Both the position numbers and the translations under genes were made by a program. Below the pieces are notes generated by a model. That model was not told where the DNA came from and ran no database searches. It saw nothing but the letters and a program-made list of their open reading frames with translations. Positions 35,687 to 45,462 of a DNA stretch of 64,000 nucleotides are shown here, in pieces. Origin of the DNA: Muribaculaceae bacterium (lineage in GTDB: Bacteria; Bacteroidota; Bacteroidia; Bacteroidales; Muribaculaceae); NCBI GenBank assembly GCA_017559355.1, contig JAFYSL010000024.1, forward strand, positions 507 through 64,506. Direction: 5' to 3'. The first letter of the stretch is position 1. Every line of letters begins with the position of its first letter.

Positions 35687-36790
35687 ATGAGACGATTTAT
35701 CGTACTATTTCAAAAGGAATTTTTATTAATTCGGCGCAACTCGTTTCTGCCCAAAATGATAATTGGCTTCCCCATAATAATAATGCTAATTATGCCACTC
35801 GTTATGACCATGGACGTGCGCAATGTCAATATTGCAGTTGTTGACCTTGATCACTCAACAACCTCCAATCGCATAATTTCACATATTGAAGCGTCGGAAT
35901 ACCTATCATTAGTTGGGACTACCGAACAATACATTGTTGCAATGGATGCATTAGAAAATGGCACTGTAGATATTATTGTACAGATACCCAACAACTTTGA
36001 AAGAGATATGATTGTATCAACTCCCGAAAAGATAAACATCACAGCCAATGCCGTAAATGCAACAAAGGGATCGTTGGGTTCCCAATATTTAGTTCAAACA
36101 ATAGCTCGGGCACTACAAGAACTCAAAAACGAAAAAAGCCCAACTCAATTATCGGAATTGGTTACCGTTCAAAATCGCTTTAATCCCACATTAAATTATC
36201 GCCACTATATGATACCCGCACTGATGATTATACTTTTTATTCTCATCTGTGGATTTCTTCCAGCATTGAGTATTGTTGGCGAAAAGGAGAGTGGCACAAT
36301 TGAACAAATCAATGTAACACCTGTCAGTCGCATGACTTTTATTCTTTCAAAACTGATACCTTACTGGCTAATAGGATTGTTTGTGCTTACAATTGCAATG
36401 ATTGTTGCGCGTGTAGTTTATGGTCTATATCCCGTTGGTTCTATTGGGCTAATTTACTTCGGAGCAGCATGCTTTATTCTCACAATTTCAGGGTTCAGTC
36501 TCACTATTGCCAATTTCTCAGAAACTATGCAACAAACAATGTTTGTAATGTTCTTCTTTGTAATGATATTCATGTTGATGAGTGGACTTTTAACCCCCAT
36601 TGACTCAATGCCAAATTGGGCTCAAAAATTCACTGGAATACTTCCACCTCGCTACTTTGTAGAGATTCTACGATCGGTATATTTGAAGGGCTCTACCTTT
36701 ATGGATTTATGGCACAACTACCTTGCATTAGGCATTTTTGCCACAATATTCAACATATTGGCAGCATTAACGTATAAGAAACAAGCCTAA
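35687..36790 (+). CDS. ABC-2 type transporter permease
   Basis: Paralogous architecture to the preceding permease, starting 2 nt after its stop. Confidence 0.85.
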   Translation: MRRFIVLFQKEFLLIRRNSFLPKMIIGFPIIIMLIMPLVMTMDVRNVNIAVVDLDHSTTSNRIISHIEASEYLSLVGTTEQYIVAMDALENGTVDIIVQIPNNFERDMIVSTPEKINITANAVNATKGSLGSQYLVQTIARALQELKNEKSPTQLSELVTVQNRFNPTLNYRHYMIPALMIILFILICGFLPALSIVGEKESGTIEQINVTPVSRMTFILSKLIPYWLIGLFVLTIAMIVARVVYGLYPVGSIGLIYFGAACFILTISGFSLTIANFSETMQQTMFVMFFFVMIFMLMSGLLTPIDSMPNWAQKFTGILPPRYFVEILRSVYLKGSTFMDLWHNYLALGIFATIFNILAALTYKKQA

Positions 36791-36852
36791 TTGCAAAACA
36801 AATTCATTCAAAAAAATAGCATCAAAAACATTGTTATATAGAAAATTATACT

Positions 36853-36860
36853 TAACTTTG
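36853..36860 (+). promoter_or_regulatory. -7 promoter box for rpsA
   Basis: TAACTTTG, 66 nt upstream of the ATG. Confidence 0.45.
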
Positions 36861-36900
36861 CACGCTAATTGGGGCGTTGTGTGCCTCAATGATTGATTTA

Positions 36901-36924
36901 TTAACCTATTTATTAACCTATTTA
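36901..36924 (+). repeat. tandem 12-bp duplication TTAACCTATTTA x2 in the rpsA leader
   Basis: Two perfect adjacent copies ending 1 nt before the rpsA ATG. Confidence 0.9.
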
Positions 36925-36925
36925 A

Positions 36926-38710
36926 ATGACTGAATTGAAAAATTCACCAATCGAAGATTTCGATTGGAGCGCCTACGAAAAAGGCGAAACTTTTGGAGAG
37001 AAATCACGTGAGGAACTTATCAAAACTTACGATGAATCTCTTAACACCGTTAAAGACAAAGATGTAATCGAAGGTACCATCATCTCACTTAACAAACGTG
37101 AAGCAGTGGTTAACATCGGCTACAAGAGCGACGGTATCATTCCTGTTAACGAATTCCGCTACAACCCAGAAATCAAAGTTGGTGACGTAGTTGAAGTATT
37201 CATCGAAAATCAGGAAGACAAGAAAGGTCAACTTATCCTTTCACACAAAAAAGCTCGTGCATCACGTTCTTGGGATCGTGTTAACGAAGCTCTCGAAAAC
37301 AACGAAATCATCAAGGGTTACATCAAATGCCGCACTAAGGGTGGTATGATTGTTGATGTATTTGGCATCGAAGCGTTCCTTCCAGGTTCACAAATCGATG
37401 TTAAACCTATCCGCGATTATGATATCTTCGTTGGTAAGACTATGGAATTCAAAGTTGTTAAAATCAACCAAGAATTCAAAAACGTTGTTGTTTCACACAA
37501 AGCTCTTATCGAAGCTGAACTCGAACAACAAAAACGCGACATCATCTCTAAACTCGAAAAAGGTCAAGTTCTTGAAGGTACTGTTAAGAACATCACTTCT
37601 TACGGTGTATTCATCGACCTCGGTGGCGTAGATGGTCTTATCCACATCACTGACCTCTCTTGGGGCCGCGTAAATCACCCAGAAGAAGTTGTTACTCTCG
37701 ACGAAAAGATCAATGTTGTTATCCTCGACTTCGATGACGAAAAGAAACGCATTGCTCTCGGTCTTAAACAACTTCAACCACATCCATGGGATGCTCTCAA
37801 CGCTGACCTCAAAGTAGGTGACAAAGTTCAAGGTAAAGTAGTCGTTATGACTGACTACGGCGCATTCATCGAAATCGCTCCTGGCGTTGAAGGTCTTATC
37901 CACGTTTCTGAAATGTCTTGGTCACAACACCTCCGTTCAGCTCAAGACTTCATGAAAGTTGGTGACGAAATCGAAGCTGCTGTCCTCACTCTTGATCGCG
38001 ACGAACGCAAAATGTCTCTTGGTATCAAACAACTCAAAAACGATCCATGGGAAAACATCGAAGCTAAATATCCAGTTGCAAGCCAACACACTGCAAAAGT
38101 GCGTAACTTCACTAACTTCGGTGTATTCGTTGAAATCGAAGAAGGCGTTGACGGTCTTATCCACATCAGCGACCTCTCTTGGACTAAGAAAATCAAACAC
38201 CCATCTGAATTCACTCAAATCGGTTCTGATATCCAAGTTCAAGTTCTCGAAATCGACAAAGAAAACCGTCGCTTGAGCCTCGGTCACAAACAACTCGAAG
38301 AAAATCCTTGGGACGTATTCGAAACAGTATTCACTCTTGGTAGCATCCACGAAGGTACTATCGTTGAATTGCTCGACAAAGGTGCTGTAATCGCTCTTCC
38401 TTATGGCGTTGAAGGTTTCGCAACTCCTAAACACCTCGTTAAAGAAGACGGTTCTAACGCTGTAGTTGAAGAAAAACTTAACTTCAAAGTTATCGAATTC
38501 AACAAAGAATCTAAACGCATCATCCTTTCTCACAGCCGCATCTTCGAAGATGAAGCTAAAGCTGCTGAAAAAGCTGAAGCTAAAAAAGCTACTAAACGTG
38601 CTCCTAAGAAAGCTGCAGCTGAAGAAGTTGCTGCTCCTGCAATCGAAAAAACCACTCTTGGTGACCTCGAAGAACTTGCAGCTCTTAAGGAAAAACTCGC
38701 TGGTAAGTAA
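36926..38710 (+). CDS. rpsA: 30S ribosomal protein S1
   Basis: 594 aa. Six S1 repeats (G..V.G.V..I...G.F..) and strong codon bias. Confidence 0.95.
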   Translation: MTELKNSPIEDFDWSAYEKGETFGEKSREELIKTYDESLNTVKDKDVIEGTIISLNKREAVVNIGYKSDGIIPVNEFRYNPEIKVGDVVEVFIENQEDKKGQLILSHKKARASRSWDRVNEALENNEIIKGYIKCRTKGGMIVDVFGIEAFLPGSQIDVKPIRDYDIFVGKTMEFKVVKINQEFKNVVVSHKALIEAELEQQKRDIISKLEKGQVLEGTVKNITSYGVFIDLGGVDGLIHITDLSWGRVNHPEEVVTLDEKINVVILDFDDEKKRIALGLKQLQPHPWDALNADLKVGDKVQGKVVVMTDYGAFIEIAPGVEGLIHVSEMSWSQHLRSAQDFMKVGDEIEAAVLTLDRDERKMSLGIKQLKNDPWENIEAKYPVASQHTAKVRNFTNFGVFVEIEEGVDGLIHISDLSWTKKIKHPSEFTQIGSDIQVQVLEIDKENRRLSLGHKQLEENPWDVFETVFTLGSIHEGTIVELLDKGAVIALPYGVEGFATPKHLVKEDGSNAVVEEKLNFKVIEFNKESKRIILSHSRIFEDEAKAAEKAEAKKATKRAPKKAAAEEVAAPAIEKTTLGDLEELAALKEKLAGK

Positions 38711-38735
38711 TCAATCGGTTATAAACCATAACTCA

Positions 38736-38767
38736 AACGGCATTCTCATTCGAGAGTGCCGTTTTTT
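38736..38767 (+). terminator. intrinsic terminator of rpsA
   Basis: AACGGCATTCTC-ATTC-GAGAGTGCCGTT, a 12-bp stem with one G-U pair, running into TTTTTT. Confidence 0.8.
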
Positions 38768-38803
38768 ATTGCCTCTAAATTTTATAATTCCATACCCCTG
38801 CAC

Positions 38804-38811
38804 TATCTTTG
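38804..38811 (+). promoter_or_regulatory. -7 promoter box for metH
   Basis: TATCTTTG, 21 nt upstream of the ATG. Confidence 0.45.
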
Positions 38812-38831
38812 TATAAAGAATAATTCCACAC

Positions 38832-41800
38832 ATGATACACATCGAAGAGTTAAAATACAAAGCAAGTTCAGCTTCACTAATTAATGAGGTAAACAACAAC
38901 ATTGTAGTACTTGATGGTGCTATGGGAACAATGATCCAGAAATACAATCTTTCTGAGAACGATTTTCGTGGTAATCAATTCTCATCATGGCAATGCAACC
39001 TCAAAGGATGTAACGATATTCTTTGTATTACAGCACCCAATATCATAAAAGAGATACATCTCGACTACCTCAACGCAGGAGCCTCAATCATTGAAACCAA
39101 TTCATTCAATGCCAACTCATTTTCACTCGCCGACTACGCCCTCGAAAACGAAGTTGAAACAATCAACCTCGCAGCAGCAAAAGTGGCACGCGAAGCAGCC
39201 GATGAATACTTGAGTGTTAACCCCAACAAGAAATGTTGGGTTGCAGGAAGTGTAGGCCCTACAAGTAAATCGCTATCAATGGCAAGCACTCTCGAGGAAA
39301 ATATCTCGTGGGACACACTTGTTGACACATATATCTTACAAATGCGAGCATTGATAAAAGGTGGCGTGGACGCACTTCTCATCGAAACAATATTCGACAC
39401 CCTCAACGCAAAAGCGGCAACGTATGCAGCACGCCGAGCAATGGAGATAGAAGGAGTAAGAGTGCCATTAATGATTTCTGCCACACTCACCGAAACTGGT
39501 CGCACTCTTTCAGGGCAAACTCTCGAAGCATTTGTTGCTTCAATATCTCACTGCGAGCCATTATCAATTGGTCTTAACTGTGGATTTGGTGCCGATACTA
39601 TGACTCCATACATTGAGACATTACAATCCATTCCCTTTGCCGTGAGCATGCATGCCAATGCAGGTCTGCCCAACGAAATGGGGGAATATGATGAAACGCC
39701 CGAAACTATGGCTTCAAAAATCAAACCTCTAATAGAAAGAGGATTGGTTAATATAATAGGTGGATGTTGTGGCACTACTCCCGAGCATATCCGTGCAATT
39801 GCAAATCTCATTGGAGAGGAAAACACAAAATGTGATGAGAAGAATACTCTCAATTCTCAACTCTCAATTCAAAATTCAAAATGCGTTCTTTCTGGACTCG
39901 AAGCATACGAAATTAGTCCCGAACGTAATTTTGTAAATGTAGGAGAAAGATGTAATGTAGCTGGTAGCCGCAAATTCTTACGTCTTATCAACGAAGGAAA
40001 TATCTCTGAAGCTTTGCAAATCGCTTGCTCACAAGTTGAAGCCGGAGCGCAAATAATTGACATAAATATGGACGACGCCATGCTCGATGCCGAAAAAGAG
40101 ATGGCTCAGTTCATAACCAAACTTGGCGAAGAACCCCAAACGGCTCGTGTGCCATTTATGATTGACTCCTCAAAATGGGAGGTAATAACATCTGCACTCA
40201 AACTCGTACAAGGCAAAGCTATCGTCAATTCTATTAGCCTCAAAGAGGGAGAAGATACATTCATATCTAAAGCACGCCACATTCGCGAAATGGGGGCAGC
40301 AGTAGTTGTTATGACTTTTGACGAAAAGGGACAAGCCGACACCTTTGACCGACGCATCGAAATATGCCGTCGTGCTTACGAAATCCTTACAACAAAGATC
40401 AAATTCCCCGCATGCGACATTATTTTCGACCCCAATATATTGGCAGTAGCAACAGGAATCGAGCAACACAATAGTTATGCTCTCGATTTCATTCGCGCAA
40501 CCGAATGGATTAAGCAAAATCTACCTGGAGCAAAAGTGAGTGGCGGTGTAAGCAACCTATCATTCTCATTCCGTGGCAATAACTACATTCGCGAAGCAAT
40601 GCATGCCCTATTCCTCTATCACGCCATAAAAGTAGGCATGGATATGGCAATTGTCAACGCTGCCACATTGATGCCAGTTGATGAGATACCTCAAGATGTG
40701 AAAGTTGCTATCGAAGATGTACTTTTCAATCGCGACAACGAAGCAACTACCCGACTAATCGAGATTGCTCAACGCATAAAAGAGGAGAAAGTAGGCGAAA
40801 AGACTCAAACTGCAAACGTTTCTACCGAATCGTTATCCCCTCACCAACATATTGAACGCATGATTCTTCGTGGCAATACTGATGCCATGGAGCAACATCT
40901 CCAAGCCGTTCTATCTATTGAAGGGAATGCGCTCAATGTTATCAACAACGCATTGATGCCTGCGATGAACACTGTAGGCAAATTATTCGGCGAAGGGAAA
41001 CTATTCCTTCCTCAAGTCGTAAAAAGTGCGCAAACAATGAAATGTGCCGTAGATATCCTCACCCCAATCATTGAAAAAGAAAAAGGAAGGAGAAAAGAGG
41101 AAAACTCTCATAATTCTCAATCCTCAACTCTCGATTCCAAAAAGATTGTTCTTGCCACAGTTAAAGGCGACGTGCACGACATCGGCAAAAATATTGTTGC
41201 AGTTATTCTTTCATGCAATGGTTATGAGGTCATCGACATGGGTGTCATGGTTACTGCTGAAGATATTATTACTAAAACTGTTGAATGTAATGCCGACTTC
41301 ATTGGATTAAGTGGATTGATTACGCCTTCGCTTGATGAAATGTGCCGAGTTGCACAACTCATGGAGCAAAATGGATTAGCTATCCCCCTACTCATTGGTG
41401 GCGCTACTGCATCTGAATTGCACACTGCAGTAAAGATTGCGCCTTGCTATAGTGGACCAGTAATATACATCAAAGATGCAGCGACAATTCCCACCGAAAT
41501 TGAATCACTCACAAATCCAGTAAGCGCCAAAGAGTATATCAACAACCATTATACCCGACAAGAGGAGTTGCGTCAACAACACTCTCTTTCACAACCTAAA
41601 TTGACCGTTGAAGAGGCTCGCAAACATCGTTTTGTGTGCGACAGCGATTATCAACCATCAATTCCTACCAACTTTGGGTTGCATGATTTATCATTTAACA
41701 TCGGCGATATACGACATTTAATTAATTGGAGAGCATTCTTTGCCGTATGGAAACTCGATGCCTCATTGGCAGAGATTGCCACAATAAATGGTTGCGACCA

Positions 41801-42467
41801 TTGCCGTGCACAATGGTTGGCAAACGTACCACAAGAACATCGTGCAAAAGCCTCAGAAGCAATGCAACTTTACAAAGAGGCAAACCGTGCACTTGACTTC
41901 CTTGATAAGAGCATTGCATTAAATCTTTCGGCACGCGTTGTATTAATGCCTGCTGGTGGTTGTAATGAAGAAATTATTTATAGCCACAATGGAGCGAAAT
42001 TCACCCTCCCAACCCCACGACAATTACAAGGCGAAGCTCCTTTATTGGCTCTATCTGATTTCATTGTCCCCATTGACGCAAATGGCGAACTAAACGATTG
42101 CATCGGTGCATTTACAGTAACAGTTGGAGTAAAAATGCAAGAAATTATAGAAAAATATCGCACCAACGGCGACGAGTATAAGGCATTGCTATATCAATCT
42201 CTTGCCGATCGACTTGCCGAAGCCGCAACCGAAGCAATGTATCACAACGTAAAAGAGTCGCTTTGGGGATTTGAAGCAAAAGGAATTCGTCCAGCAATAG
42301 GATTCCCCTCATTGCCCGACCAACGACTCGTGTTCCTTGCCGATAAAGTGCTAAATTATGCCGAGCTGGGTATCTCACTCACTGAAAATGGAGCACTCTA
42401 TCCCACAGCCTCCACAACAGGATTCATAATCTCCCACCCCAAAGCAAGATATTTCATCGTAGAATAA
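38832..42467 (+). CDS. metH: cobalamin-dependent methionine synthase
   Basis: 1211 aa. Hcy-binding (GGCCGTTPEH), pterin-binding, B12-binding (GDVHDIGKNIV) and AdoMet-activation domains in canonical order. Confidence 0.95.
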   Translation: MIHIEELKYKASSASLINEVNNNIVVLDGAMGTMIQKYNLSENDFRGNQFSSWQCNLKGCNDILCITAPNIIKEIHLDYLNAGASIIETNSFNANSFSLADYALENEVETINLAAAKVAREAADEYLSVNPNKKCWVAGSVGPTSKSLSMASTLEENISWDTLVDTYILQMRALIKGGVDALLIETIFDTLNAKAATYAARRAMEIEGVRVPLMISATLTETGRTLSGQTLEAFVASISHCEPLSIGLNCGFGADTMTPYIETLQSIPFAVSMHANAGLPNEMGEYDETPETMASKIKPLIERGLVNIIGGCCGTTPEHIRAIANLIGEENTKCDEKNTLNSQLSIQNSKCVLSGLEAYEISPERNFVNVGERCNVAGSRKFLRLINEGNISEALQIACSQVEAGAQIIDINMDDAMLDAEKEMAQFITKLGEEPQTARVPFMIDSSKWEVITSALKLVQGKAIVNSISLKEGEDTFISKARHIREMGAAVVVMTFDEKGQADTFDRRIEICRRAYEILTTKIKFPACDIIFDPNILAVATGIEQHNSYALDFIRATEWIKQNLPGAKVSGGVSNLSFSFRGNNYIREAMHALFLYHAIKVGMDMAIVNAATLMPVDEIPQDVKVAIEDVLFNRDNEATTRLIEIAQRIKEEKVGEKTQTANVSTESLSPHQHIERMILRGNTDAMEQHLQAVLSIEGNALNVINNALMPAMNTVGKLFGEGKLFLPQVVKSAQTMKCAVDILTPIIEKEKGRRKEENSHNSQSSTLDSKKIVLATVKGDVHDIGKNIVAVILSCNGYEVIDMGVMVTAEDIITKTVECNADFIGLSGLITPSLDEMCRVAQLMEQNGLAIPLLIGGATASELHTAVKIAPCYSGPVIYIKDAATIPTEIESLTNPVSAKEYINNHYTRQEELRQQHSLSQPKLTVEEARKHRFVCDSDYQPSIPTNFGLHDLSFNIGDIRHLINWRAFFAVWKLDASLAEIATINGCDHCRAQWLANVPQEHRAKASEAMQLYKEANRALDFLDKSIALNLSARVVLMPAGGCNEEIIYSHNGAKFTLPTPRQLQGEAPLLALSDFIVPIDANGELNDCIGAFTVTVGVKMQEIIEKYRTNGDEYKALLYQSLADRLAEAATEAMYHNVKESLWGFEAKGIRPAIGFPSLPDQRLVFLADKVLNYAELGISLTENGALYPTASTTGFIISHPKARYFIVE

Positions 42468-42479
42468 TAACAGAGAATG

Positions 42480-42517
42480 AAAGAGGAAAAATTAAAAATT
42501 TCCTCTTTCTGCTTTTT
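42480..42517 (+). terminator. intrinsic terminator of metH
   Basis: AAAGAGGAAA-9 nt-TTTCCTCTTT stem followed by CTGCTTTTT. Confidence 0.65.
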
Positions 42518-42590
42518 ATAAGAAGCGTTTTGCATTATTCTCATTTTACTTATCCCTCATTATCATCTAGTTAATTAGTGTTAAATAACT

Positions 42591-42598
42591 GGGGGGGG
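42591..42598. repeat. homopolymeric G8 tract
   Basis: GGGGGGGG inside an AT-rich spacer, 22 nt upstream of the predicted -7 box. Confidence 0.95.
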
Positions 42599-42619
42599 TA
42601 ATTTTTCAACTAATTAGTT

Positions 42620-42676
42620 ATAACTTTGTTGCAACAATCATTTATAAAAAACTTCATACACTTGCAACAAAGTTAT
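42620..42676. repeat. perfect 15-bp inverted repeat ATAACTTTGTTGCAA / TTGCAACAAAGTTAT with a 27-nt spacer
   Basis: Arms at 42620-42634 and 42662-42676, checked base by base. Confidence 0.9.
42621..42628 (+). promoter_or_regulatory. -7 promoter box for the barrel gene 42753-45179
   Basis: TAACTTTG, inside the left arm of the 15-bp inverted repeat. Confidence 0.4.
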
Positions 42677-42752
42677 CACATTATGCGTCTAATGGATAAA
42701 TCGCGATAATAACAACAATAAACATCAATCAATTTTTGAATTTAATCTCTAA

Positions 42753-45179
42753 ATGAAACTAATAAAATCGTTATTCATATTTTTATGCTTGATTATTTCA
42801 ACGAAAGCTCTTGCTTCAGATTATCAAGTAAAAGGGGTTATTGTCGATTCTCTTGGCGAAGGGGAAATGTATGCCACTATTAGAATATTTAGTACCACCG
42901 ATTCAATCAAGCCTATTCTTATGGGTGTTACTGATGAAAAGGGTGCTTTCTCTCAAACACTAAAAAACGAGGGTAACTACCTACTCAAAATTCATTCTAC
43001 TGGAAAGAGTGAATTAACTCAAAACTTTTCAATCAACGCATCAAAACCCATTGCCGATATGGGGACTTTGATTATCAAAGACAATGCAGAGATGCTTGGA
43101 GAGGTGACCGTAATGGCACAACGTCCTCTCGTTACCAAAGATATCGACCGCATAGGTTATGATGTGCAAGCCGATGCCGACTCAAAGACTGCCACAATCA
43201 TTGAGATGCTTCGCAAAGTGCCAATGGTTAGTGTTGATGCACAAAACAACATAAGCATTAAAGGTTCTAGTAATTTCAAAGTATATAAAAATGGTCGTCC
43301 CAACACCTCTTTTTCAAGTAACCCCAAGGAGGTATTATCGGCAATTCCCGCATCAATGATCAAACGCATCGAGGTAATTACCGAACCTGGCGCAAAATAT
43401 GATGCCGAAGGCGTGGGAGCAATCTTGAATATCGTTACCAATGACGAAACATCTATTAATGGCGTGATGGGTAACGTATCGGCTCAAATCAATACTCTAG
43501 GCACACCACAAGGCTCGGTGTGGTTGTCTTCACAAATAGGCAAAGTAACCATGTCGGCTTATGCAGGTAGTTATTACATGAACGAAGCCATCAGCAAAAA
43601 CGACACCCACACTCACTATGAATACAAAGAGAGTGGCAATATAATGGACGAGACAACAACGGGATACTACACCGGCTATGGCACTTGGTTTGGTGCTGAT
43701 GCAAGTTATGAACCCGACACCCTCAATCTATTTAATATTTCATTTAATGGTTATTTGCATGATTTAGATGTTCCTGGGACAATCTCTACAAAAATGACAA
43801 CTGCCGATGGCTCTCCAATATACTCTTATAACGCAAATTATAAATACCCCCAAAGCTATCTTGATTTCACTGGTAATATTGGTTACCAACGCTCAACACA
43901 TCGCAAAGGGGAAACATTTAATATCGCCTATCTTATTTCAACTACCAATCAAAATCAAGACCATTTACAAGAGTTTTACGACATGGAGAATATTCCTGTT
44001 CCATATACTGGCACTCACTCATTGTTTAACCTCAAATTTATGGAACATACGTTTCAAGCCGATTGGACTCGTCCCGTAGGGAAATATCACACCTTTGATG
44101 TTGGAGCCAAATACATTTTGCGCGACAACCAGAGCACCACCACTAATGAGTATTTCGGAATGGATACCACTTTTAGCGATTTCTCTCACATCACACATGT
44201 ATTGGCAGGATATGGCGAATATCGTTTGCGTTGGAAGTCATTGAGTGCAATGGCAGGTATTCGTTATGAATACTCTCATCTCAAAGCCGATTTTGAGGAT
44301 AATTCGCAATCCAATTTCAGCAAGAATCTCAACGATTGGGTACCATCGGCTGCACTATCATGGCAAATAAATGATGCTAATAGTCTAACATTCAACTACG
44401 CTACTCGCATCAATCGTCCTGGTATTAGCTACCTCAATCCAGCAGTTGAAGATGGTGTAAACTTCACCAAATGTGGAAATCCTAACCTTTCAAGTGTGCA
44501 ACATAATTCATTTAAGTTAAGCTATATGCTTATTAAGCCTAAATTTAATCTCAACCTATCAGCCAACTATGAATTTTCAAACAACGGCATAGTTTCTTTT
44601 GTCGAAGTGAAAGACGATCACATCTACTCTACTTACAAGAATGTCGGCGACAACAATTCTCTATTCTTCAATGCGAATATACAATGGATGATTACTCCTA
44701 AAACACAATTCATGTTTCAAGGCTCGGCCTATCGCATGGAATATGAAATTAAAGAACAAGGGTTACGACAAGCTCGTTGGCAATGTGGTACACTTGCTCG
44801 TTTAACTCAACAACTGCCCTGGAAATTGCGTTTAGAACTTGCAGGGGGCAAAAATTCAGGAAGTGTCAACGACGTGTATGGTTATAGCGAACCATCGCCA
44901 GCTTCGGCATGGAATTACTACATATCACTCCAACGCTCATTCTTGAAAGAGGACCGTTTGACCGTAGGCATATATACACTCAATCCAATTGGATCAAGTA
45001 CTGTAACCAATTACGAGTATTTCATCAATGGAGATTATACAGGCTACACCAAATCTAACTCATACGATAGGAAAATGGCAATGTTGAGAATTGCTTATCG
45101 ATTTGGGTCAGTAAATGCACAAGTAAAGAAAACATCTAAATCAATTTCAAACGACGATATTATCGGTCGTAAATTGTAA
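42753..45179 (+). CDS. outer-membrane beta-barrel protein with N-terminal carboxypeptidase-regulatory-like domain (OMP_b-brl_3 type)
   Basis: Signal peptide. YQVKGVIVDS start, plug-like region (VPMVSVDAQNNISIKG) and a long barrel. Paralogous architecture to 6467-8806. Confidence 0.7.
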   Translation: MKLIKSLFIFLCLIISTKALASDYQVKGVIVDSLGEGEMYATIRIFSTTDSIKPILMGVTDEKGAFSQTLKNEGNYLLKIHSTGKSELTQNFSINASKPIADMGTLIIKDNAEMLGEVTVMAQRPLVTKDIDRIGYDVQADADSKTATIIEMLRKVPMVSVDAQNNISIKGSSNFKVYKNGRPNTSFSSNPKEVLSAIPASMIKRIEVITEPGAKYDAEGVGAILNIVTNDETSINGVMGNVSAQINTLGTPQGSVWLSSQIGKVTMSAYAGSYYMNEAISKNDTHTHYEYKESGNIMDETTTGYYTGYGTWFGADASYEPDTLNLFNISFNGYLHDLDVPGTISTKMTTADGSPIYSYNANYKYPQSYLDFTGNIGYQRSTHRKGETFNIAYLISTTNQNQDHLQEFYDMENIPVPYTGTHSLFNLKFMEHTFQADWTRPVGKYHTFDVGAKYILRDNQSTTTNEYFGMDTTFSDFSHITHVLAGYGEYRLRWKSLSAMAGIRYEYSHLKADFEDNSQSNFSKNLNDWVPSAALSWQINDANSLTFNYATRINRPGISYLNPAVEDGVNFTKCGNPNLSSVQHNSFKLSYMLIKPKFNLNLSANYEFSNNGIVSFVEVKDDHIYSTYKNVGDNNSLFFNANIQWMITPKTQFMFQGSAYRMEYEIKEQGLRQARWQCGTLARLTQQLPWKLRLELAGGKNSGSVNDVYGYSEPSPASAWNYYISLQRSFLKEDRLTVGIYTLNPIGSSTVTNYEYFINGDYTGYTKSNSYDRKMAMLRIAYRFGSVNAQVKKTSKSISNDDIIGRKL

Positions 45180-45206
45180 TCATAAATACAACATAGAATA
45201 ATAAAC

Positions 45207-45234
45207 AAAGGGGTTATCTCACGATAACCCCTTT
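45207..45234 (+). terminator. hairpin after the barrel gene 42753-45179
   Basis: AAAGGGGTTATC-TCAC-GATAACCCCTTT, a perfect 12-bp stem. The U-tail is weak. Confidence 0.5.
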
Positions 45235-45429
45235 GCTATAAACCTTAAAAATCTAATCCTATGAAAAAACTAATTCAAATTTTCTCTGATTGTGATTTAC
45301 ACCACCTTTTGAAAATTTAGTATTCTTTTTTCTGCTGTTGTGTTATATTAGTAATACGGAGATTTATGGCATTTCTTATGCCAAGACTCAATAATTAATA
45401 TTTTTTTGCAAAATACCGATTTTTATGAC

Positions 45430-45437
45430 TAAATTTG
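45430..45437 (+). promoter_or_regulatory. -7 promoter box for rnz-tadA
   Basis: TAAATTTG, 26 nt upstream of the ATG. Confidence 0.45.
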
Positions 45438-45462
45438 TGTACCCATTTCTGATTTTTATCAC

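Noticed and set aside
37493-38533. Long antisense ORFs inside rpsA (37493-37903 and 37937-38533), and same-strand alternate-frame ORFs.
   Set aside because: They lie entirely within a strongly codon-biased, unambiguous S1 gene. They have odd composition (F/V/E-rich) and no promoter or start context.
42620-42676. Invertible promoter (inverton) flanked by the 15-bp inverted repeats.
   Set aside because: The spacer is only 27 nt, far shorter than known Bacteroides invertons. There is no recombinase gene nearby.
42468-42752. Possible cobalamin riboswitch, since a TonB-dependent-like barrel gene lies directly downstream of B12-dependent metH.
   Set aside because: The 285-nt spacer is strongly AT-rich. 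It lacks any GC-rich B12-box-like core (no GCC/GGC helices).

The predicted promoter leaves a leader of only about 118 nt.
45261-45320. 19-codon ORF (MKKLIQIFSDCDLHHLLKI) between the barrel gene terminator and rnz.
   Set aside because: There is no promoter box, it cannot be tested for conservation here, and it is the size expected by chance in AT-rich DNA.
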